Positions 52,819 to 64,000 of a stretch of DNA of 64,000 nucleotides are shown here, piece after piece. The stretch comes from Amphiscolops sp. MND2022 (Eukaryota), in the NCBI GenBank assembly GCA_964187785.1, contig OZ076421.1, forward strand, positions 43,710,001-43,774,000. The letters are read 5' to 3'. Made by a program: the position numbers and the translations under genes. How positions within the stretch are numbered: the first letter of the stretch is position 1; each line of letters opens with the position of its first letter. The notes under the pieces were generated by a model. It was given only the letters and a program-made list of their open reading frames with translations, searched no databases and was not told where the DNA came from.

Positions 52819-53001
52819 TGTTATAGACTCGATAAAAGGTTTGAAGTAGGATGCTCAAGTTAAGAATGAGTAAGTAATGTAACATACAAAGTGTAGCTGT
52901 ATTCAACGTAAAGTTAGCATCAAAAATGAATATAGTCTAGAGGGCAATGTAAGTTCATTGGCAGGTACCTAATTACTGTTGTCTAGACTATTCTCTCTTC
53001 A
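52819..53001 (-). repeat. Gypsy 3' LTR
   Basis: TGTTATAG...CTCTTCA, 182/183 identical to the other LTR. Confidence 0.97.
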
Positions 53002-53014
53002 TTCCCCCCTCCTC
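53002..53014 (-). promoter_or_regulatory. Polypurine tract
   Basis: GAGGAGGGGGGAA on the minus strand, abutting the 3' LTR. Confidence 0.9.
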
Positions 53015-53147
53015 GGGATTGGTGAGAGCGATCTCAATTCTCGCCGGGTTTCTTGTTAGTTCCCGTCTTTGTTGTGTTCTTTGGGCTGCAGCGGGAGACG
53101 TTGGCTTTTCCGATGTTCTTTGACTTTGGATCTAAATTCAGATTTTG

Positions 53148-56100
53148 TTAGAAATATTCTATTCCTCCCATTTTTACTACTCTTTTTGCAGATTTTATTC
53201 TATCTGATCTGCGGATCCCTTTTTCTACCACCTTGTTTTCTATATTTTCCCCCCCGTCTAAATTAAGTTCTACTACACCTCTATTTGGGGACGTGTGTAT
53301 TTTTTGTGGCGATCCAGTAGGGGTGTTGTCGAAGTCCTTAGCAGTACGCTTTGTTTTCTCCGTGCTGCAGTCCACTGGTGGAGATATGGCGGGAGTTTCG
53401 TTATCTCGAGTCTCTTCTGTTGGTTTCACGGCATCGTCGTATTTGATTTCGGCTGTAATGGTTAGTTCCGGATCAATGTTTGCCGTGCTCGGTAATTCAT
53501 CCGCGTGTGATGACTGGCTGTCGGATATTACCGTGATATCCGGTCGTGCTTCGGACCTTTCAATTGGCATTGTGGGGATGGTTTTATCTGCGCTCGTTGA
53601 TTGTCCCTGTTGTTCGGAACGGATTCTTTTGTGGGTGTCACATAGATCATCGTGACTGAATCGGCCGCATCTGGTGCATCTGTTGGTGGGTTTCCTCGGC
53701 TCTTCTGTTTTCTTTGCTGGCTGAAATTTAAAGGGGTTAGATGCTAGTTTTTTGTGGATAACCTTTCCATCGGTTGTGGTTATCGTATGTTTAGTCTCAT
53801 TAGCTGCGGTTAAAATTTTATTGGTTTTGAACCTGCATTTCATTGCATTGGGCTTGGTTTCCTTTTCAAAAAATTGGTAACTTTCAAAATTGTCTCTTAC
53901 CGATCTACCCCTCTTCCTTGATTCATTGAGGACCAAATAATCTGCGAGTTCCCCGTCGGAATCGTGGACTGTAAAAACTTGTAGCTCCGCCGGTTGTGCT
54001 AAAAAATAATTAGTTAATGTTTTCTTCCAGTCCGCTAATAGGCAGGTGGGTTGTCCAATCAGATTGGTGATCGGTGTGCGCGGTTTTCGTCCGTGGTGTA
54101 ATTGAAAGGGAGTCATTTTCAGTATGTTATGTGGTGTTTGTCTAATTGTTTTAATTGCCCTTGCGACGCTTTCTTCAAAAGTTAGGCCGTCTTCTAAATT
54201 GGCTCTTGTTAATGACTTAATTGTGCGTATTGTTCTCTCGACCAATCCGTTTCCCGTATGTAAATTCGGGGTACATCTAATTCGTTTAATGTTTTCACCG
54301 TTGCAGTAATCTTTAAACTCGTTGCTTTTAAAACAGCTACCGTTGTCGGTGCGTATCGTTTACGGTGTTCCGTTGTCGGTGCAGTATTTTGTTAAAAACT
54401 TTATTACGGTCCGAGAGTCCGTATTTTTGCAAATTTGTGCGGTTGGCCATTTGCTAAAACGGTCGATGGCTACTAAAATGTGAATGTCTCCCCGCGATTT
54501 TGATTTGATTGGACCGGCGAAGTCCAATTGAATTTCTTGGCCGGGTTCGGTTAAAAGTTCGAGCCTATTTATTTCCGTTTGCGGTAATTGTGTTTTTAGA
54601 TTCTTACCTGCTACTCGGCAACTGGGGCAGTTTTCTGCCTTTTCTCTAATGTCCCGGTGTAGTCCCGGCCACCAAAATGCTTCTGCTGATTTGTCCATTT
54701 TGTTAATCGAGACATGGCCGCTGTGTAGCATGGCAATTATGGTTGACCGCATTGCTTCTGGGATGACGATTCTATCATTGTAGAATAGTAGTCCAAATCT
54801 GGTCTCCAGATGTTCACGGTGTGGTCGGTATGGGTAGAAGATACCGTCTCCTTTTCCAGCTTCTAGCGCGATGATTGCGTCAAGTATTTTAGTGTCCTGC
54901 GCAGTTTCCTCAACTAGTAGAGGTAAATCCATGGAAAAGTCTCTTTCGGCTCTTCTGATCGTTTCGGCTGTTTTCTCGTTTCGTTCTTCTGGCAGGACAT
55001 TTCGCTTCGCTGTTTGTTTCAATCTGATAAGATTGATGCTCTCATGTTTTTTGAACTTTTTGAGGATATTTGTTGGGCACTTTTCGGTTTTTACGTGGCT
55101 AATCTGGCTTTCATTGTCTGACGAGGTGTTTATCCAAGACTCGTGTAGGTTTTCGTTAAATTCCTGAGTGGGGTGGTCCCGAGTTTCTCGCAATGGTAAA
55201 AGAATCTATTGTAAATCAAGATGTTTAATTTCTCAATTTCTTTTCGATCTTGTTGCGAAGGACGATATTCCAATATCCGCTCGTTGTCCTTGCCTTTTCC
55301 CACAATTCTGGTTCGATTTGGTTGAAGAAGTTTAAATCGTTCGGTCCGTAGACGACTAGCTTCTGGGGAGTGTCCCCGTTTTTTGAATATAAACTGTAAA
55401 TCGATTCCGTTTACTTTATCCATCTTTGACATTTTCGGTGCTTGCGAATCAAAGTTTGAATTGTTTGGTGAGTCAATATCTTTTTGCGGTGAGAAAGTTT
55501 GGATTGAATGTTCGCGGTCGTTTTGTTTGCGTACTTGCGTTCTGCGTTCTGATTGGTCGGAATTCTTTACCGGTGGTGGTCGTCGCATGTGTTGCGTAAT
55601 ACTGCCGTTCGTACGATTGAACTCGAATAGGCCGTATATCTGATTGATTACGAATTCCTCTTCGGCTTCGCTTTCATCGCCTTCGTGTGGCGTTTCCGTT
55701 TCGTGTTCGTGTATGATCGGATGACGGCTTAAGTAATCTGTTAACGGAATGTTTTTACCAGCGGTGTATTGCACGTTGACATCGAAATGGCTCAATCGGC
55801 CTAGCCACCGTGTTAATCTTGCGCTGTATTGTTTGTGTGCCCTGTTTCGTTTTAGCAGTGGTTGTAGTGCCTGGTGGTCGGTCAAGAGGTTTACTTTTTT
55901 TCCGTTAACGTAATATCTGAAATATTCGAGGCCCCACAGGACGCCTAGCAATTCTAGTTCATTTATGGCATATTTTCGTTCACATTCGGTGAGAAATCGG
56001 CTGGCAAACGCCACCGGTCTGAATGTTTCGTTTTCTTTGTGCCATAGGGTTGCCCCTAATCCAGTATTACAGGCGTCGGTGGTTATGAAATTATCTTTCT

Positions 56101-58441
56101 TTGGGTCGAAGTGTGCTAGACATGGTGTTTCGGTTATTTCCTTTTTTAGTTGTTCAAAATCATCGTTTATTTCTTTCGTCCATTCCCATTTTACGTCTTT
56201 CTTGAGTAGTTTTCTCATTCTGTCGGTCTTTTTAGACAAGTTGTTCAAAAATTTTGATAAATGTTGTATTGAGCCCAGAAATGATTTTAGCTCTTTTGTG
56301 TTTGTGGGGGCTTTTAATTTTGTTATAGCCTCGGTTTTATCTTTAATTGGCTTTACCCCTTCTTGGTTTATCAAGTATCCTAACCAGGTCAGCTCTTTTT
56401 TGAACAGTTCTGTTTTTCTTTCACTCGCTCGGTAACCGGCTTCTTGCTATTTTATTAGAACTTCGCGTAGTTTCCGATCGTGTTCTTCTATCGTTCCGTT
56501 TGTGACGCAAATGATGTCATCTAACCATACCGGCGTTTTAAATTCTAGGACCTTATCTATATGTTCTTGAAATACCGTTGGTATGTCAGATAGGCCGTAG
56601 AATCCCTTCTTGAACCGGTAGTGTCCCGTGAAATCGCCGCCAATGATGGAGAACACGCAATGTCTTGATGCTTCTGCGGATAGTTTGGCCTGTCCGTATG
56701 CATAATCTAAATCAATCTTGGACATCCAAATTTCGCCGTTATTTTGTGTAATTTTTGCGGAAATTTGACTGATTAGTTCCTCCATATTTGGCATTGCTGC
56801 TTTTCTTTTTATGCAAGATTCGTTTAGTTTCCGGGAGTCTAGTGCAATTTTTACTGATTTGTCTTTTTTGATTGTTATAACGGCTGGTGAGACAAAGCAG
56901 TTTTCAGTTGTTTTATCAGCTTTTTCCAAATGTCCTTTTTCGATTAATTTTTCTAATTCTTTTTTCACGATTTTTTGAAAGTGTATTGGTACTGGTCTCC
57001 CCTTTTGTTGTATCGGTTTTGCGTCTTTTTTCAATTGAATGTCTATGGTTAAGTTTTTTATGGTGTGATTGTTTTTAAAAAGGTCCTCGAATTCTTTAAA
57101 AATTTTCTCATCTTTTTCGTTTGTGGTTATGCTCCTGATGTTGTTTGTTTCGTGGCTTCCTTGCAAACCGATTTCCAATTTATCTAGCCAATCCAATCCC
57201 AGCAGGGGTTGTGTATTCTTTTTCTCGGTTATTAGGATTGGCAACATCACTTTTGTTTTCTCTGTTTTGACCTCAACTATTGCTTCGCCTTTGAATTCTA
57301 TCGGGTTTTTGTTTACGTCCACGAAACACTTTGAAGTCGCTTTCATTTGTTTTGGAGTGATAATTGGTGGGATAATCGTTACTGGAGAGCCGGTGTCAAT
57401 TATGAATTCAATTGGTTGTACGTCCACCAATAGGATGGCTTTGTAGAAGTCTACTCGATTTATGCCGTTGACGGACTGAATGTGGTCAATTTCTGGCCAT
57501 GATTCCGTGTTGCTACCGGTATCTTCCTCTTGTATCCGGTTTACGGTTCTTGATCGGCAGACCTTTGCAAAATGACCGGACTTCTTACAGTTGTTACATT
57601 TTGTCTTCCGTGCTGGGCAAGTGTGGTCGGGTGTCCAGTTGGATTTTCCGCAGAAGTGGCAATTCCGCTCCGTGTTTCTCTTTTTAGCCGTGAACGTGGC
57701 CTTCTTCTTCGTTGCGGGTTTTGTGTATCCGACCTGTTCCTCGTCTGATGTGCTTTCGGATGGATTTTTCCGCTGTCTCTTGGAGGTTGTTTGTTTGTCT
57801 CCATATTTACGGTTATAGTTGTCCAGCTCAATGGTCTCCAATATCAGTGATAATTTCAGTGGGCCTTTGATGAATTTATCTCGGGCTTTTTTATCGTTTA
57901 TGGTTGCTGCAAATTTGTATGAAATGATGTCTTCGGGTGTGATGGTGTTAAATTCGCACTTTCTTTCAATGTCTACCAGCCTCTTCCAGTACTCGTCTAG
58001 GGTTTCGCCATCTTCTTGCTTGATATTAAAGAATTGGGCCCGGCTGTGGAATACATTCCTGGTTGGTAGGAAGGTCTTTTTGAATAGTTTCAACAACTCT
58101 TGGAGACTAATATCTTTAAGTTCCTTTCCCCATTGACCTCTCATGATTTCGTGCTTTGCTTTTGGGCCCAGTGCCCATATAACATCACCTTTGATGTGAT
58201 AGGTTGTATGAGGGTCCATGGAGTCCGTCCCTTGTTCCATCAGCTCGTCCAGTTTCTTTTGGTATGTCAAATCTATGTATTCGGATATTTGTTCCCACCA
58301 CATTTTGGGATTGGCTTTTGATAGGTCAGTTTCTCTATCCGATAAGATCGGGATCTTGCACTTGTTTCTTTCAGTCCTTTCGACTGTTGTTTGGTTGACC
58401 GCCGTTGGGTCGGTTTCGTTGTTGTTGTTCGTATTTTCCAT
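53148..58441 (-). pseudogene. gag-pol: Gypsy gag-pol single ORF with two nonsense codons and one frameshift
   Basis: CHFCG..CNNCKKSGHFAKVC knuckles, IDTGSP protease, WLDDII RT, TDACNTGLG / TDHQAL RNase H, H..H..WWPG..C..C and LDFAGP / TDNG integrase. TAG at 56447-56449, 1-nt deletion near 55164, TAA at 54360-54362. Confidence 0.95.
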
Positions 58442-58470
58442 CGGTTTTCTTCTCTTGTTCGTACTTCTAT

Positions 58471-58480
58471 GACTGCGCCA
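58471..58480 (-). promoter_or_regulatory. Primer-binding site, tRNA-Ser-like
   Basis: TGGCGCAGTC directly abuts the LTR and is complementary to the ...GACTGCGCCA 3' end of invertebrate tRNA-Ser. Confidence 0.75.
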
Positions 58481-58663
58481 TGTTATAGACTCGATAAAAG
58501 GTTTGAAGCAGGATGCTCAAGTTAAGAATGAGTAAGTAATGTAACATACAAAGTGTAGCTGTATTCAACGTAAAGTTAGCATCAAAAATGAATATAGTCT
58601 AGAGGGCAATGTAAGTTCATTGGCAGGTACCTAATTACTGTTGTCTAGACTATTCTCTCTTCA
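58481..58663 (-). repeat. Gypsy 5' LTR
   Basis: Direct repeat of 52819-53001, with the TSD TCTAC on its outer (58664) side. Confidence 0.97.
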
Positions 58664-59823
58664 TCTACGTCAAAATTTGTGTAGATCTACAAAGGAACAT
58701 ACCGCTACGTTGATATTGCGTTAAATTATGTCAGGAATTAAGTGGAAATTGGCAGTGAATAGGTTTCTGTCAAGAATTAACTAAAGTTTAGCAGTTTCCC
58801 AGGTTTTGTTTTTAGCACGGGATTGCTCAGGCTCCTTATAAGATTTTTCATTGCATCTGAATCGTGTTGAAAACAAATGCTTCTATTCCGTGTACAAGTT
58901 GTATAATCCCGCAATACCATATTCATTGATTTAATGTCGAGTTTAATTGGCAACAAGGTTATACAAATTTTTGTCTAATATGTTTGTGTTGGTTTTTCAG
59001 TTGTTGAGACAGTGATTTGGTTTCCTAGTTGCTAACACTTCACCGTTACTTTTTCGTTGCTAATAATTTGTTGATAATATTTTGATTCCTTTAAAGGTTT
59101 CATAGTGTTAACATTAGACACTAATGGTAATGCATGATACTTTCAGTGGCGGTGTTTGTAAAAACTGTGGCTATTCTACGTTCAAATTATGCGATTGTCT
59201 GAACTGAAATATCGAAAATACCATTTGCCAAATTTCTGGAAATAGAATCAAAATATTTTTTACTGCTCTTTGCAAACTTGATAGTATCCGTTCGAAATGA
59301 TCCATAATTCGTGTTCACAAAGGAAACTTTGAATATTTGTTTATCTCATTAGAGCAAGCGCTAAGACTAATTTTTCCTCATAATTTTCTGATGATGCAGG
59401 CTGACTAATATCGACTTGCATTATGGGTCTGAGCTAACATTGACAAAGCGACGACGCAAAATGAAGAATTGATCGAAAATTATTGCGAATATACCAGATG
59501 TGACTAATAAAACAGGGATTATATGGTAGGCAGGTATGAACGAATGACGCTAGCGAGGTTAAAATTGTTGTATTAGTTTCATTCATGGGGGCACTAAGAA
59601 ATAGCTGCAGAAGATAAAAACGTTTGGCGTCAGAGCAACGTCAAAACATTGTCAACGGAATAGTGTCGGGAGACAAAATTATTGCGACCTAAGTAAACTC
59701 CCTTACAGCTATGAAACCACGGCTCAGCAAGCCAGTCAAACTTACATGTCCGTGGCGATCCGTAACAGCCCCCTCACGCAAAAACCCGGGAGACGATTTA
59801 AATCTTCACACAGAAGGAGAGAT

Positions 59824-60184
59824 AACAAGACGCCCGCTAAGCACCGGGATATTTTCCTCCCTTTTCGCCTTCATCACTTGAGCCATAGCTATTTTGGGAG
59901 GGGAATAGGATCTAAATAATAAGATCTAAAATTTAGTGATTTTAGATCTTATACCCTTTAGATCTTATTCCCGTCCTGAAATTTTGGATCTTATTCCCTT
60001 TGGATCTTATTCCCATTTTCGACTTTAGATCTTATTCCCCCCTCCTACTAAAATAGTCAAGTATCTAAATAGTCAAGTAACTAAATAGTCAAGTGATGGA
60101 GCGTGGAGATTTGTCAGAATTTGTAAAAAACGCAACACAGATGATGATTTTCCTCCCCATTGAAAATGTGGGTCGGAAAATAAT
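59824..60184 (+). mobile_element. Repeat family C, copy 2
   Basis: AACAAGACGCCCGCTAAGC ... repeated GATCTTATTCCC and AAATAGTCAAGTA.CT units ... ATTTTCCTCCCCATTGAAAATGTGGGTCGGAAAATAAT. Confidence 0.7.
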
Positions 60185-60604
60185 AATCGGTGAGAATCAA
60201 AAGCGTAAAATATTATCGAAATCACAAACTAAAGTCTGAACCGTAGTGAAAAGATGTTTATGAAAATATTCTGTCTAGTGAGCTGAAAAAAACATTTCTT
60301 CATTCAAAAAAGTTTGTGAAGCGAAAAATATGCTCAGATGTTTAGCTTGTCGTGATTTTGCGGACAGACATCCCACAGTTTTCTCACACTGAAGTCGGAA
60401 CAAAGAATTTCCATCCAGCGAATGAATGTATTTAAAAAACAGCATATACTTAATATTTTTCGTTGTGATCGAATTCGGGTATCCAAAAGTGGCTATTTTT
60501 TGTCTCTGTGTTTTTAGTTGGTTTATTTCAGGAAATGTGCCTGGCTGTTATAGTGACCAGTTTTTTCGTAAGACGACAGAAATTATGCGAATGGTCCACT
60601 TTTA

Positions 60605-60670
60605 GGCATAGCTCACGCAGTCGATAGTTTGGAAGCAAAACAGCCCTGGGTTCGATGCCTATCGAGTACT
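60605..60670 (+). other. tRNA-like Pol III promoter relic (possible SINE head)
   Basis: A-box-like TAGCTCACGCAG and B-box-like GGTTCGATGCC at plausible spacing. No cloverleaf. Confidence 0.3.
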
Positions 60671-61084
60671 AAAAATCTTTGTTTGCAAACCTGGACCTGA
60701 CAAGGTTCCTTTTCGAGTTTTTCGGCCTTGTGCAATTTTTTTGAAGTTTCTTTGGTCAATTTGGGTATTTTTTATGTATTCATTCAGAGAAAGCGTTTCT
60801 GGAGACAGCAGGTTGCTCCGTTGGATATTTTGCCTCATTAAAAATTGTGAAATTTTCTTTGAAGCCACCCTGAACTTTGACCCTAGAGACTTTGTTGATT
60901 TTAAGCCTTAAGCGGGCCCAATTTTAGACGGTTTTGTCTTGTTTTTTAAGGAAACTATCGCGGCTCCAAACTTGTAGTTTATTTACAAAGCTTTTAATTA
61001 TATGATACTATGATACGGCAGTGCCACTTCGCCTCCTTTCTAGAGTTACTTTTTTAAAACCTTTTTTAAATTTGGGGCACTGTA

Positions 61085-61285
61085 CAGCTGACAAAAAATC
61101 AAGAAAGCAGTTTGCATGGACCCCATAGCTCATGTAAAATGAATTACCTTGGTGCCAGAAGACAATCTCCGGAAACAAACATTGGCAATGTTTGTTTCCG
61201 GAGATTGTCTCCCGGCACCAAGGTAATTCATTTTACATGAGCTATGGGGTCCATGCAAACTGCTTTCTTGATTTTTTGTCAGCTG
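61085..61285. mobile_element. Fold-back MITE, Tc1/mariner-like (entire element is a palindrome)
   Basis: 100-bp arms around a single G (61185) with 2 internal mismatches. CAG...CTG termini with TA on the left and TT on the right. Confidence 0.65.
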
Positions 61286-64000
61286 TTCAGTTCGATATGG
61301 AACCCAAAAGCAGCCCGAAAACAGTAACATAGACCTTTAGGAGCAAAAATAAGAAAATTAAATAAATTGGACCGTTGCAGAAACTCGCGAATGAAATTGC
61401 AGATCTGTTGCAGTATTACGTAACTGAGTACCTATTGAGCTTGTAGAACGTTTATGAAACTTGCGTTTCCGCTAGAAAATCAACGGGAGCTTTAAAAAAG
61501 CGTTGTTGCAGGGTTCATAGATTGATTGAAAGAAACTGAAAATGGTACTTACTCGGTAAAATGCCAGTGAAATCAAAAACTACGAGGTAACTCCTGTGTT
61601 TAAAACTTGTTGACAATAGTATAGACGAGTTCAAGTGATAACTTAGGAAGATAACACTTCTTAAAGTTGAAGTAAAAATTTCCCAGGGGTGTCAATTGGA
61701 TTCCGAATTTATAAAGGTTTTACTTGCAATTTAATTTGATCATTTCTGAATGAAATTAAAGCGAAGCTTCTGACAAAAATTCAAACGAAGAATTAAAAAC
61801 TGAAGAATGCTCCATGTTGCTTTTGATGTATCCATTTGGCTAAGACGAGTTTTTACCTGTGTGATGTACTGATTAGATGAAAAAAATCAGTTGGTTGGTG
61901 GTTGGAAGATTTGAATTCTGATTGGCTGATAAGATACAGATAAAAACACACTGAGATCTGGACGCAGATTAAGCGGTAAGCAAGGGATAGCTCTAGAATT
62001 TATGAGGATGATGCGATTTGCAAGGCGGGCTGGTGACTTTGTTGTTTGGGATGAGTTTATTGGGTTGTTGGGGGGATTAGTCGCAATATATTGGGCTTAG
62101 AAACCACGTGACATTTGTGGGCCATGTAAATTTGCGTGTGAAAACAATGCGCGTGTGACGTGAACAAAAAGAATTGAAGCAACAAAAAAGAGGAACAGAA
62201 TAAAATAATGAAAAGATAGGGAAAAGTAAAAGGTTGGTAAAATGAATGGTAAGGAAGTGGCAACCCGGATAAGGAAAAGGCAAAATGGAAGAGTAACAAA
62301 GGGGTAAATGGAAAAATAAGGAATACAAATAGAAATTCAAATGAAACAATAGAATTAAATGGGAAAATGGAAACCAGCAAAGCCTTAATATCTCCTTTTC
62401 ATGCTTTAATCCGCACTCCGCCACTTCCTGAATTTGGTATTGTTTCAAGTGCCGCCTTTTTGGGAAAACGCACGACGGGAACCAGGAAAAAAACAGCGAA
62501 GAAGGAGAAAATTAATTTAATATCTGTTGGAGAAAAAACCATGAGTTCGATAAGGAAGTAGGGAAAATAAACTGAAAACTAAGGCGAAAAGGGGGATGTG
62601 GAAAAAAGGTGTGGGAATGAAGTAATAATCAATGACAGACGGCATACATGATTATAATCAGTTGTTTTTTGCCCGATGCCACATTAGGGAAAAGATGAAA
62701 GAAAATTAAGGAATGGGTTTGCGAGGGAGGCGAAGGTACCAGCGGCTCAAATCTATTACATCTCTTGAAGGAGTTAGGCGAAATTGCCGTGGTCACGTGA
62801 TTGTGACGTAACGACACATCATTTGCTTATGCCTTGCTACTTTTCTCTGTTTTTGTTCAACATGTTGAAATGTTCAGTTGTTGTTCACGCGGCAGCGACT
62901 GCTTGTTCATTTTTTGTTCACTTGCAAAAATAGTACTAATTCTAGCAGTGCTTGATCAGACATCTAGCAGACATCTACCAGTTGCGTACCCGCCACTTAG
63001 ACCGGTTGGTTATCCACTTCACAGAACGTTTACTCTTTACACTGACAGCCAGTTGAGGAGTGTTGTCATGTTAGGTAATCTCAAATGTGAAGTTGATTGC
63101 ATAATACCAATATACCAATTGCGCAATTTTTAAGACAGGGCAAGTAACACTTTCGCTCTCTGATTGAATTTTACAAGGTGAATGGGAATTTCGACCTCTT
63201 GTCAGACATTTTGGGGCACCGTTTCCACATCATGCCGACCTGCTGTCTTACCAGGTAACCAAATATGAATCGCCTACCATCTCAGACAAGTATACCTTAC
63301 CTGAAAGCCTCTAATTGGCTGAATTGACCGACATTCGACTTTCATTCCGCCAAAATTATACTATACTACATGTACTAATACCATGCTAATTACCAATTCA
63401 AGTCTAAGTAACGGTTAAACATTATCCCCTGAAAATTATGTCATTTTTCATCTGCCACTTTTGAGGTGAAATTTAATTCATTTTCCCTAGTTTTCCAATT
63501 CCAGCTAACCCCGCGCATTTTCCTCTTTAAACGCCCCAATAGAGTGCGTCATTAGCCCAGGTAGGTGAAAGGTTAGAAAGGTGCAATCAGCGAGCAATCA
63601 GAAGCAGATTGGATCCCCTGAGATTAGAGCTTGGTGATTATAACTGAGGGTACCATTCACAATACCAGCCGGGGTGACGCTTCGGGTAGGAGAAGCAACG
63701 AAGCTTGCAGATGGCGTACGGGCCCTTTATAGCCGCAACAGTCCTCGCACCAAATGGATTACTTGAACAATAATCACTTTACTATAATATAATACAAGTA
63801 TTCTACACAACTATCATTTGCACCTTTCGCCAGTTTGAACCAATTGTTGAAGGCTTTCTTAATTTCATCCCCTAATTGCTTGTTTGACTGCACCCAATTC
63901 CGGATCTACCATGATGCATGGAAGTTTTCCGGGCATTTTCCCGTTTCTCGTGGATGCAATTTCCACCAATTTTTTTGGGCTAATCATAATTTATTCAACT

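Larger units (their letters stand above)
52819..58663 (-). mobile_element. Full-length young Ty3/Gypsy LTR retrotransposon (5845 bp)
   Basis: 183-bp LTRs at 52819-53001 and 58481-58663 differing at 1 base. TSD TCTAC at 52814-52818 and 58664-58668. PBS and PPT present. Domain order gag-PR-RT-RH-IN. Confidence 0.97.

Noticed and set aside
56441-56449. TAG CAA GAA in Gypsy pol as a programmed readthrough site
   Set aside because: It does not fit UAG-CAR-YYA and lies inside RT just after the catalytic DD, not at a gag/pol boundary. A simple nonsense mutation is likelier.
59385-59430. CTGATGA followed by a hairpin as a hammerhead ribozyme
   Set aside because: No GAAA after stem II and no stems I/III.

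Overview
AT-rich eukaryotic (animal) genomic DNA made mostly of transposable elements and their relics. It has no prokaryotic-style genes, rRNA, intact tRNA or CRISPR. From memory the repeat content resembles acoel flatworm genomes, but that is inference and unverified. Two complete LTR retrotransposons are bounded by TG...CA LTRs and 5-bp target-site duplications (TSDs): a decayed BEL/Pao element (16875-24998, +) and a young Ty3/Gypsy element (52819-58663, -) whose 183-bp LTRs differ at one base. Two TSD-flanked solo LTRs (5273-6197, -; 33496-35106, +) each carry a protein ORF running to the last base of the LTR in the same reading phase. This is the most intriguing signal, because it suggests an ORF that starts inside the LTR and reads across the primer-binding site into gag. 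The window also holds Gypsy, LINE (CR1/L2-like), Tc1 and SWIM/MULE-like relics, two families of Helentron-like non-autonomous repeats, a CACTA-like MITE, two long near-perfect palindromes, tandem duplications, a 200-N scaffold gap and one candidate host exon. All coordinates and identities were read by hand; family assignments rest on recognised motifs, not database searches.
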